Source: Camelus ferus (taxonomy: Eukaryota). From it: a DNA stretch of 64,000 bases. The notes under the pieces were generated by a model that searched no databases, was not told the origin of the DNA, and was given only the letters and a program-made list of their open reading frames with translations. Where the stretch lies: contig NC_045697.1 of assembly GCF_009834535.1 (NCBI RefSeq), positions 20,338,001 through 20,402,000 on the forward strand, read 5' to 3'. The position numbers were made by a program, and so were the translations under genes. Shown here one piece after another: positions 52,827-64,000 of the stretch; positions within the stretch are counted from its first letter, which is position 1, and each line of letters opens with the position of its first letter.

Positions 52827-53959
52827 TCTGTCTCTATAGCTTTCTAAGTATAACTCTTATATTTTTTAATCAATGATTTACTTCTCTGTTTTACCCCTAA
52901 ATACACAGTGATCTCCTTGAGAGCAGATTATTATTTATCCCTGCTACATATCAACAGTGCCTAGAACAAAGTAGGCTCTCATTAAATGTTTTATGAAAGA
53001 AGGAAGCTCTTTTTATGCAACAATTACCATTCTCATTAATGCCAAGGATTCTTGATATAGAATCTCTATATCTTAATAATCATTGCTTTGTTGTAAAGTC
53101 CCATGATTAATAGTAACATACCCTATCTTGTATTCTTATTTACAGTTTGATTTTACATAAGTAGTGATAAAATATGGAGGAGAAGGAATTATGAGTTCCC
53201 ATACAGCTGCCATAACCTGATCTAACAGCTAATACACCAGAGCTTCATTTGACAGGGACATAGTTTATATTCGCCAACTACCATGGCTTTTATATCACTT
53301 GTGCATAATAAGACCTGCTTTGGGGTATTTTTTTTTTTCCTAGCTGTAACTTACTAGTCTCTAAAATAATGTATCACACAGATGCTATAAATTTTCTACT
53401 GGGAAATGTATTAATTGATAATAGCAGATGGTAGATAAGAATGAAAGAGTACTAGGGCATTTGGTAATATACAAAGAGGATTAACTAAAGCAGAAAAAGT
53501 AGTATTTTATTCCAAGAATATCAGGTGGAATTGGAGAGAAGCTGCACACCTTGGATGCAAACAACTAGCAATTCAAAGCCTTGGTCCCAATGAGGATAAT
53601 GTAGACCCTGTTCCTATACCTTAAAATTTGGTCTAGCCCTTACCTAACAAAGCTACCAGTATTCAATAAACAGAATCTGTAAGTTATAAAAATTAACATT
53701 GGTCCCTGATAACACAGTCTAAAGCCTCACTGCATGTGCCTGTCTTATTCTTTTTCTGGGTTATTTGACTCTGAATCTCTTATTTTCTGATTTAGGCTCC
53801 ATGCTTGTCCTTTAGACCTGAGAACAAGTCTTTTTTTTTTTACAGCATCATCGTCTTTGTTACCATGTATTAAGTGGTAAGTGCTAATCAAGATGCTAAA
53901 TTCATTACTTAGGATTTTTACTGTTGAGTCCTCACAACCTTTTGAGATTGTTACTTTCC

Positions 53960-54540
53960 CCTCAGAGGGGAGGCAAACTCCTAGATGGCACCCAAGATTT
54001 CCTGTTCCTTGTGCAGATGCCCTGCCAATACCTGGGGTTGTGAATAGGAGGCATGTTATTTCCATGATCAGGTTATGTTATGTTGCATTTATGTGACTTT
54101 AAGAAAGAGGGATTATCCAAACGTGCCTAATTTAATTATATGGCCCCTTTGTCTCCCACTGGTCAAAAAGAAATCAGAAATACCTGCTCTGGCTGGCTTG
54201 GAGGAAAGCAAATGCCCATGTTGGGAGCTTCCCAGGAAAGGGACAGCTTCTAAGAGCTGAGAATAAAACCCAGATGTTGGCTCTAGGGGAAGAGAGGATC
54301 CCAGTCCTCTAATGGCAGATGATATCTGCCCCATTGCAAAAATAAGCTTAGAAGCAGATTTTTTTTTCCCCTGTGAACCTCTACATGAAAAAACAGCCTG
54401 GCTGATTTCAGTCTTAAGCAGAAAAATAAGCCATCCTATTCTGGACTTCTGACCTAATGAACTATGGGCTGACGAATGGATTTTTCTTTAGCCATTCAAT
54501 GTACGATATTTTGCTCCTCAGCAATGGTCAACTAATACTT
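53960..54540 (+). mobile_element. MLT1 (E/F-like) MaLR solo LTR
   Basis: ggcaaactcctagatggcacccaagatt...ccatgatcaggttatgttatg...gctggcttggaggaagcaaatgcccatgttg...tggacttctgacct...aactaatac. Confidence 0.75.
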
Positions 54541-54599
54541 CTCATATGTATTTCACTTAGCTATCAACTAGGTAAGAAATGTAGGGGTTCATAAGGGCT

Positions 54600-54830
54600 A
54601 TTAGATAAGAGTGGAAGCTTCACAAAGAGTTTTCCTGGCCTTGAATTCTAACTCTGCCGTGTCTAGCAATGTGACTTTGAGGAAACTGTTTAATCACCAC
54701 AAAACCTCAATTCCTCATTTGAAAGTGTAGTTGATGGCAAGATATACCTTGTAGAACTTTAAAAGATTAAAACAGATGAAGATGATAAAGCTTCTCATCT
54801 GGTGTGAGGTGCATATAAACGTTCATATAC
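54600..54830 (+). mobile_element. MIR SINE
   Basis: ttgaattctaactctgccgtgtctagcaatgtgactttgaggaaactgtttaatc...cctcaattcctcatttgaaagtg. Confidence 0.6.
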
Positions 54831-57816
54831 TGGCCGACATGTTTACCACAAGGTCATCCATCAAACCTTCAGGGCTTGGAGAAATGAGAAATTTAGCCAA
54901 GGTTGCAGACCTACTAAATTGCGAATCACTTTTCCCTCAAACCTGTATGGCTTTCCAATCTCTGTACTTACCCCTATTGAATTAATTCACTCCCCTTGGA
55001 ATAGATTCTGGCATATTTGTCCTCAGGCTGTGTTGGCTTCTCCCACCTGTGTTAACTAACCTCTCCAGTTGTGGAGAAGACATCTCACAAACCTAGAGGA
55101 GATCTAGATTTAAAAAAAAAAAAAAAAAAGAAGAAGAACATTAAAAATGTAGATCTTTTCAGTAATATCTCATGTCTTTAGAATTCTAGATCTCTGATAC
55201 AGCAAATGGTCCTTTGAAACAGCCTCTGAAGTACGCGATGGAGAGTTTTTCTGCTGGGGCTCTGAGGAAAAGTGCTGTTATCTGTTCCTGACCTTTTCTC
55301 TTTCTCTCACTGGCTAACCTTCACCTGCCTTCAGGAAGCGTTAGCAATTAGAATCTGACCCCCAGGTGTAATAGCGCCTGCCTACAGCGGGACATGGGGC
55401 GCCTAACAGACCAGCTTTTGGTGTACAGATCCCTAAGGAGTATTTGCAGTCCTGTAACCAGTCCCGATCTGTAGTAATTCAGGTGAAATCATCTATCTAC
55501 TCATCTAAAACCATTTAAAAACCTTTTCCACAGTAAATGAAGCCCTAGAGAGGTGGTGGAATGTTATTAGAAAAGAACATTACTAAAGAATTCAAGGTTT
55601 TACAATTTCATAAACCAAAAAGAGTAACTCTAAAGCAGAGATTTGGCCTCTACCGGCAGATTTTCTCCCCAGCTTCAAGACTGTGCATTGATGAAAATGT
55701 GGACAAATTGATTGGGTTAGAAAGATAATCGTCTGCTACAAAAGTAATTGAAAAAGTTAACGAATTTAGAGTGCTCTAGTGGAGGAGAAATAGCTGCAGG
55801 CTACGAAAACTGGCTTCTGCCAGTTCTATTTCACACAAATAATTATTTCAAGAGACAAGTGAAGTCTTATTTATTGGCAGTAGGACATGGATCCTTGGTG
55901 ATCACCAATGAAAAAGGAAACTGCGAAATTAATTTATACTAAGCAAAACTGCACTCAATGCAGCAAAGCTGCCCTTTGAATTTCAGTTGGCATTTGGGCA
56001 ATTATTATCACCTCAGGTCATTTGAACACTGCAGCCAGTGCTCCGTCAGGTTTCACGACAGTCTTCCAGTTGCATATTTCATTTTTTACCATGCGTTGAT
56101 CTATAACATATGACAAGAGTTATTACCTGTGATGTGTAATGATGAGACTATCAGCTGAGAAGAAAATGCTTAAAAATTATTTAATCTCATATCAGTATTA
56201 TCACTCAAATGAATATATCTTATGCCTTAAGAAGAAAATCAGTCACTAGGAGGTTTGAATTATTTATTGCTATTTGTTCTGGAGGTTCTTAGAAAAGAGA
56301 AAAGGGGAAAAAAAAATCACTCTAAAACTAACCTAAGCATGCAAACCATGCCTTCACATATATGAGGGAAAAAGTGTAAAATGTCAAGTTGTCCTAGCCT
56401 AAAGACACAAATGTATTTTCCTTTTCTCATCAACTGTTTTCTTTTAGAATTGTACGCAGTAGTGTATATAAATTCCTGTATAAATATTTTGAAAGTGATT
56501 CTGGGGTAGTGGTGAAGGAAAGTCTTGATTTATAATATTTGTTCACTTCTTTGTTGTGAATATCCCCCACCAAGGATAGTTGCAAGTGGTACCAACATGA
56601 TATCATGGAAGGAAGAGTTGGGAAAAGATGCTCACAGTCAGCTTATCTGAGCCCTTAGGAACTGGCCTCAACATACCATTGGTTGTGTCCTGTTATATTA
56701 AGAGCTTCAGAGAAAATGCCCTGAGAAAAATGACTCAAACATCCCCCACCCCCGTGCATTGTGCTTTAATCTATCATACATTGTCATTATTTTTGTTTAC
56801 TAGTCTGCATTTCTCACTAGAATGAAAGACTTTTTTCTATGATATTGATAACTATAGTAGCTAGCAGAATCCTTAGACATAATAAATACTCAATAAACAT
56901 TGTTAAAAGAACTTCCCTGAATTATCTTATCTTATCGCCTCCCAAGACTCAGACAGGAGCCAAAATTGAGCTAAATGGAAGCATAATTTTGTGGTGCTAA
57001 GAGTTGGTCAATACTTTAAAGAAAATCTCAAACCTGATATAGACCTTTCTCTCTTTTAATTCCCAGCCTGCTTTTGTATTTTCTCAGCTATTGAACACAA
57101 AACAAGTATTCTCAAGGATATGCAGAAGCATGCCAAATTCAGTAATAATATTTTGCATGGCAGTTAGGATATATTTATCACTTTTCATCTTCCAAACAAC
57201 ACAGAGAGTCAGATATCCTTTCACAAATGACAACAGTTATTTTCCCAAGGTCATGAAGTTAGTTGACCATGAACCTGAGTGCGGAAGAAAATATGTTCCA
57301 TAGCTAATTTCCTCCTTCTCCCTTTGGTACCATATTTCAATCATTTTATTACTTAACAGAAAGATCAACCACACTGAATTCTACTATCAAATTGTCTGCC
57401 TTGCACTAAGTGTTGAGAGCATGAGGATAAGCTTACACTTCTGTTCTAATTCTTCAGACGTACGCCAAGGATAGGCGCATGTGACTAAATAGTATACACT
57501 GTTATTTGTGCTGCAGAAGAGTTATTAACATAGTATTATGACACTAAGAACAGTGGGCGATTATTTTTACCTTGTGAATCAGAAGAGGTGTCACAAAGTA
57601 ATTCTGTTCAGTGATGCACAGAATGAAAGCATCTATCTTTGAATCTGAGTATGACTTGAAATTATTAATGTCATTAAATTATATCTTCCTATTTTGATTA
57701 AGCACTTAAATTCTTCTTTAAAGCTATGCACTAAATATTGTCTGTTCCCTTATTTGTCATGCCGTGATCTTTGGAGAAGCTATTATCTTCCCTTATCCCA
57801 ATCCTAATAAAAGTTG

Positions 57817-58730
57817 TGGCCAAAAATAGGCACTTGAAAAAATGCTGAATACTGCTAATTATCAGACAAATGCAAATCAAAACTATAATGAGGTTCTCAC
57901 TTCACACAAATCAGAATGGCCATCATTCAAAAGTCCACAAACGATAAATGCTGGAGAGGGTGTGGAGGAAAGGGAACCCTCCTACACTGTTGGTGGGAAT
58001 GTAGTTTGGTGCAGCCATTATGGAAAACAGTATGGAGATGCCTCAAAAAACTAAAAATAGACTTTCCAAATGATTCAGCAATCCCACTCTTGGGCATATA
58101 TCCAGAGTCAACCTTAATTCAAAAAGATACATGCTCCCTAATGTTCATAACAGCACTATTTACAATAGCCAAGACATGGAAACAACCTAAATGTCCATCA
58201 GCAGATGACTGGGTAAAGAAGCTGTGGTATATTTATACAATGGAATACTACTCAGCCATAAAAAGTGATAAAATAATGCCATATGCAGCAACATAGATGG
58301 ACTTGGAGATAGTCATTCTAAGTGAAGTAAGCCAGAAAGAGAAAGAAAAACACCATATGATATCACTTATATGTGGAATCTTAAAAAAAAAAGACAAACA
58401 AAGTTATTTACAAAACAGAAACAGACTCAGAAAACAAACTTATGGTTACCAGTGGGGGAGGGGTAGGAAGGGATAAATTGGGAGTTTGAGATTTACAGAT
58501 ACTAACTAATATATATAAAATAGATATATAATTTTTAAGATATATAACAATTTTATACTGTATAACACATGGAACTATATTCAATATCTTATGGTAACTG
58601 CAGTGAAAAAGAACATGTGAATATATGTATGTTCATTATCTGACTGAAGCATTATACTGTATACCAGAAATTGAAATAATGTGATAAACTGACTATACTT
58701 CAATAAAAAATACAACATAAATAAATAAAT
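57817..58730 (+). mobile_element. 5'-truncated L1 (ORF2 C-terminus + 3' UTR)
   Basis: Continuous L1 3' sequence ending gactatacttcaataaaaaa and an A-rich tail; no convincing TSD found. Confidence 0.95.
57916..58296 (+). pseudogene. L1 ORF2p C-terminal cysteine-rich domain remnant
   Basis: Translation contains CWRGC...HCWWEC (C-x3-C-x7-H-x4-C), [18 protein letters not shown] and [10 protein letters not shown], all ORF2p hallmarks; ends at a premature TAG; no EN or RT domain present. Confidence 0.93.
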
Positions 58731-59349
58731 ACAGTTACGATGAGTAAAAATATTTTGTTATATTTAAAAAATGTTAAGTGGCCAAGAAAAAGATGGTCAA
58801 TTAATTTATAAAGAACTATATAAATGGAGTCAACATTTTACCATCGATTTGGAAGTACAAGATGTTTTTATAATTTTTTTTCCAAAATATTTTCTGTGGC
58901 TCTTTGAATTAAATGCTTTCATAATATACATGCATGTATATTATAAAAAATTCTGTGAAAATCTCACAGAATACTGTCACATGAACACAGCTGTGAAATT
59001 TCTTTAAAAATTCAGTATTTGTTGAGTGCTTTTTTGTGTACTATGGTGAACCCTTCATCTCAGGAAGTTTTTAGAAAATTGGGATACCTTGTAAAGCCTG
59101 TAACAAACCTAAAATCGGGCTGAGGGGGTCAGTGATAAGCAGTTTTGTGTAGAGTACATGTTTCAAAGAGAAGCAGGACATTTAAAACCTGAATACTCTC
59201 TTCATTTCTATTTTTACATTTTTTGAATTGACTTTACTCTGTCTCTCGTCACCAGCTTCCCCATCTCTTCTCACATAACATTTCTCCCCAACACCCCTCC
59301 AGCCCCTGCAAAATGTATTCCTCAACTTTATTGCTTTAATTTTAAAGAA

Positions 59350-59965
59350 TAGAAAGGAAAAAAAAAACTTTTTCAAAAGGTTTCAAGGACTAGCAGTCAT
59401 CACATGCTCAGGGCTAGGAGATGGACCTTAGGACCTTAGGACCATCTGCCTGCTCAGTAGCCATTTCTTTTCCTTCAGTGTGTGGCATTGTGGTGGACTA
59501 TCAATCAGAGTGAAAGTCACAGCCAAGGGTGAAAGGGGGTCACCTCACCAAAGTGTGACCAGTCAGTCTGCCTCCCTTGGGAACTGTGGACACATAGGGT
59601 GAGAAGCAGTAAGTCAACCCCAGCAAAACCGAATTTGGCTAAGCCATTAACTACTGCCATGGTGAACACCATCAGAAGCCCCAGCCGACTCATTTCTGTT
59701 AGACCCATTACATCAAGGCAACTCACTCTACCCCTCTGATCTTCCTTCTATGCAAAGAGTTCCACAGTCAGTCTACACCCCACATTCTGTAAACACCCTC
59801 TGGGCAGCTGCCTGGAGCCCAGGTTCTCTCTCCTTTTCCCACTTCCTCTTACTGCTCATGGGACTCCTCACCCCGAGATGCCCTATGCTTGCATATTCCT
59901 CAATAATAACCCATTAAGTTATATGTGTCCCTGTCACTGGTGTGATGATTTTTTTGAAACTGACA
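59350..59965 (+). mobile_element. Probable old ERV solo LTR
   Basis: GC-richer ~600 bp block with LTR-like 3' architecture (ctctctccttttccc R-like tract, caataataa signal-like motif, gtcactggtgtg U5-like motif). Family not identified. Confidence 0.4.
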
Positions 59966-60589
59966 CCTTTAAAATGGGCAGAGTGGCAGACCCTGGCAGC
60001 AGACAGAGGTAGGACTGTAATAGGAAACTTGAATCTTGAGAAGCATGAAAAAAAAAGCATTGGCATTTATTCATCTGGCAGAGATACCCAAGGGTACCCT
60101 GAGTAGTTCCAATTACCAGGGCTGCTGGGTTTCTCACTTCTCTGTGCCTGGTTCTTGACCCTCCCATTTGATAGTGCACATTCCCCCAAACATCAGATAC
60201 ATTTTCTTTAAAAATAATTAGCTAAAGTTAGATTGACTGTAACCAAAGAATTACAAGTTATTTAATGGACTTAATGAGACTAGTCCTTTATTTGGGGGGG
60301 AAAAAAAGGAAACAAAAGCAAATCAGAGCTGCTTTTGAATACCCACCCACCCACACTCACACACGTACAATCATGCACACAAACGCATATACAAACACAC
60401 ACACACACATCTTAACAGCTGGCCAAGCCAAAAGATATTTCTACTAATCCACAAAGACTCACCCAGTTTACTCATTACCTCTGTGGCCACACATATTTTC
60501 TACTTTTATTCAAGAGAGAAATTTTCTCCCTCCTCTTAGCTCCCATGGCTCTGAACACAAGCCTGTATTTAGACTCTGCTTTAAGGATA

Positions 60590-60810
60590 ATGGTAAAAAT
60601 AACTGATATTTATTTAATGGTCACCGTGTGCCAGCGCTGTTCTAAGAACTTTGTGCTCCTATTTCATCCTCAGAGCAGGCATTATTATTATCATCCCATT
60701 ATGCAAATGAGGAAACCAAGTTCAAAGTAACACGCCCAGGGTTTCACAGCTTGGATGACAAAGACAGAACTTGAGTCCAATGTCATTCATTTCATCATTA
60801 CCTTACACTG
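60590..60810 (-). mobile_element. MIR SINE
   Basis: tgtgccagcgctgttctaagaacttt...tattatcatcccattatgcaaatgaggaaaccaag...aagtaacacgcccagggtttcacagct. Confidence 0.7.
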
Positions 60811-62908
60811 CATATAACTTGGATTTTTATACTTTTCTTATGTGACGCTCTCAACCTGTCCACACCAGAACTGGGGAGTGTGTATTGGACATTATATTTG
60901 CCTAGTGCCCAGCAGAGTACTTAGCACATTTTAGGAAATCTATATATATCTGTTAAATAATTTTCTTAAAGGAGTCAAAAGAGATAACTTGAATTTTTCA
61001 CTTTTCAATCAGCTATTTTGACATAATTTCAACATAGACTAGGTTTCTTTCAATGCAGGTGAAAAATTAAGTTAGCGATCACCCAAGAAAGAGTCTGGAA
61101 AAATAAAAATAGGAGCTGCAGTTCTGACAAGACTTCAGTGACTATATTACATCAACCTCTAAATGAAGGGGCTTAAATATCTGCATGAAAGAGAAAAGGG
61201 CAAAGGGATTTGAAGATTATCAGCTGATAATCAGGGACAGGAAAGCTCTAGAGAGGGTATTATTGAAAAATATAAACCACCAACAAAATACGCCCTAAAA
61301 TGTGTGTGTAAGACAGAGCTAATTGTCCATTTCTATCAGCAACTAAGGAAATGTGATGGTGTGTTTTCAACTCAACCCTTCAGACTTTATATATACTTCT
61401 GGGGAAGTTGAAGTTCCATTGCTTAATATAGCATGACACTCTGGAGATTTTTCTTAAAAAAATGAATTGTATTTCAATGGTAGGAAAAGAATGTTGATGG
61501 TAAAATAGACCGTTATCTTAGAAAAGCAAAATGCCCCTCTAGGTACAACACAGCACCATGGGCTGCAGGAGACAAATGACACGGAGAGGGAGAGACTGAA
61601 AAATGTGATAGGCAGCCTGGCTTTAGGCACCTGGATTGCTAAAGAAGCCGCATGTCAGGTAAGCTCCCCAAGGGTCGTTTTAGTCACTCATTTAGCATAA
61701 CCTGAGGTCGAAATGTCATGTGTCTCAACAAAATCCCAGCGATACACCCAAGGAAAAGTGCTCGTTTCTCTCTCACCCGAAGCCACTGAGCCCCGTGAGC
61801 TCACACAGGGTCCTCTTAAAGCCAAAAAGAAGTAATGAAGTTAGTAATGGAGGCAATTAACAAGTGATAATGTGACTTACATCTGTCACAATCCAGATAT
61901 CAGGAACTATTTATATTTAAATATCTAGACACGGATTTGGGTTACTTACCTATGGATAATGAGACTTCATGCTTTCCAGCCATTTTCACTCTCCAAATTA
62001 TGTGCATTCCAGGCTTTCGGGGGGGGGGGTTGCAGTGTGTTTAGAATGCTGAATATACTTCAGTGTATTGAGGCCAGCTCATGACTGCAGCGTAAGAAAG
62101 GAAGTGGAAACGTTCAGAAAAAGTAAGGTTATTAAATCTACAAAAAAATTCAGTGAAAGTTGGCTTGAAAGGAAATAAGGCTTAGATTTGCAAATGTATA
62201 AAGAGTGACAATAGGCTAAGTGACCCCCACCTATAACAAGTTGCTCATGTAACTACTGACAGGTCTCTAGGATGGTTGCTAGTAGGAGTGTAACAGCACA
62301 ACAGAGCACCCCCACCACTGTCAGCCCACCAAAAAAACCCCAATTTTTCTCTTGGATACCCACTTTAGGACTCTGTACAGATTTGTCTTTTCTAAGATCA
62401 TACCCACATGCTGACCGTCATCCCATAGGCATGTCATAGGACAGATTCTGGCTTCCTCATGAATACAGTCTTATTCTTTGCAATGTGGACACTGAGTTGT
62501 AAGTCAGAAAGTAAAACTTATGCTGCCTGGTTTCATGTGTGCTTGTGTGTGTGTGTGTGTGCGCACATGTGTGTGTGTTGCCTTGTTAGTGGTGGTAGTA
62601 CTCACCTGGCTCAACCTGTAGGGACAAGCCCCCATTGTTCAGCTCAGTCTGATCATAGATGAACAGCAAGGCTCCACCACACCCCCGTGCTCAGCCACGC
62701 CTGTAATACTGCAACCTGAGACGTAAGTACTATTTATGGGAGAAACACCCTTGTGTATTTCCATTTTCTACAGATAACTGTAATTTTGAATCTCTCTGCT
62801 GCAAGCATCTTACTTTTCACCTTTAATAAAAACAGTGGTTCGTGGAAGGGGTGGTCAAGATAAATAAGCTACCATACTTTCAAAAATGGAAGTCAAGTTA
62901 CTCTCTTT

Positions 62909-63030
62909 AGGGAGGGTATAGCTCAGTGGTAGAGAATGTGCATACATGCACGAGGTCCTGGGTTCAATTCCCAGTACCTCCATTAAATAAACAAACAAAC
63001 AAACAAACCTAATTACCACCTTCCCAAAAA
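62909..63030 (+). mobile_element. tRNA-Ala-derived SINE (vic-1-like)
   Basis: gggagggtatagctcagtggtagag...catgcacgaggtcctgggttcaattcccagtacctcc, (aaac)n, cctaattacc; degenerate TSD aagttactctcttt (62895-62908) / aagatactcctttt (63031-63044). Confidence 0.93.
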
Positions 63031-64000
63031 AAGATACTCCTTTTATGCACCCACAGCTATTCAGGGAATCTAGGTGTCCTACCCCCACCCCCTTTTGTTT
63101 TTCCCACTTGTTCACATCTATGGTCAGTGCAGGGAGGGTTGGTGGGTGATGCGTGCTCACAGACTGGTGCCGAGTGGCAGGGCAGAGGAAGCAGGGGGCC
63201 CTGGCTCTGAGGCAGCTCATCCCTTAAAGACATCAGCTCTGCTCCTTGTTCTGCAGTGGAGGGCCCCAGCTCTCTCCCCACCCCGGATTACTCTCCCTCT
63301 TTATCTAATTTTAGTTACCAATTGACCTTCTCACTGCTCTTTTCTCCAGACCCACTTTTTGTCTCCCTAAGGAAAAAGCCAGAACTGCAATCAATTAATA
63401 TATTAAAGACATCACTCTCCTACAACATGCTAGTTTGAAGTATTTCATATCTTCCTATGTTTAGTTCACTAAATATAGTGAAACTCTGGTAAACTCTGTG
63501 TCTATGTGTGTGTAACTGCTCATTGTTTTACTGGTTAATACTGTATAAAGAGGAGAATTTAATTTGAATTTGCCCAACACGTGAGCTAGGTGGGCTCACA
63601 CGTTGGTGGCCTGGCTCAACCTGAAAGCTGTGGCATGCTCGAGGTCCAAGCTGAGTCTAACACTGAAAAAACAGTGAACAGAACTATGAAGCCAGAAGCA
63701 GCACAGACAATCCAGAAATAGGGTCAGCATTCAAGGAGATTCTGTATAAGAGGTTTAACATAGCAAAGTTTATGTGATGTTCAGATCATCAACAATCTAA
63801 ACCAGTTCAGACAAGTTCACCCTGGGATAGATCTGTATGGGCATTTTTTAGTGTTACTGATACACCTTCTGTCTTTCGTACAAATCTGGGCCACAAGTTC
63901 AAGCAGGCATAAAGTGCGACTTTAACACTGCCTGACAAAAGTGTTTCTATATTAAACTCAATTCTGATGGATGGTTAAAAGACAAAAATGTCAGTCACAT

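Noticed and set aside
55370..55405. Two GGCGC motifs resembling CTCF sites
   Set aside because: The 5' halves of both fit the consensus poorly.
56125..56160. C box (atgatga) and D box (ctga) suggesting a C/D snoRNA
   Set aside because: Boxes are only about 9 nt apart with no terminal stem; too short.
62605..63623. 14-bp direct repeat cctggctcaacctg at 62605-62618 and 63610-63623 as TSD of a 1-kb insertion
   Set aside because: Not an A-rich L1 endonuclease site, no poly(A) tail or terminal repeats; a single 14-mer match can arise by chance in 64 kb.
1..64000. CRISPR array, operon or prokaryotic/viral system
   Set aside because: No regularly spaced repeat-spacer array and no long ORFs; content is typical eutherian repeat-rich non-coding DNA.

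Overview
AT-rich, CpG-depleted mammalian genomic DNA (intergenic or deep intronic) with no recognisable intact host protein-coding gene. Three tRNA-Ala(AGC)-derived SINEs match my recollection of the camelid vic-1 family, which suggests a camel, llama, alpaca or vicuna genome (inference). Much of the window is transposon remains: seven 5'-truncated, relatively young L1 3' ends (several with target-site duplications, one with a clear twin-priming inversion), an ancient L1 5' region that appears internally inverted, MLT1/MaLR and ERVL solo LTRs, MIR and L2 fragments, hAT MITEs (MER5A, MER20, MER63-like) and microsatellites. The only ORF with real protein homology is the L1 ORF2p C-terminus at 57916-58296. 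Unique stretches contain candidate enhancers, candidate non-coding exons and two AG|GT recursive-splice-like junctions, all unvalidated. I found no convincing previously undescribed system. Repeat subfamily names come from recalled consensus sequences, not a search, and boundaries of old repeats are approximate.
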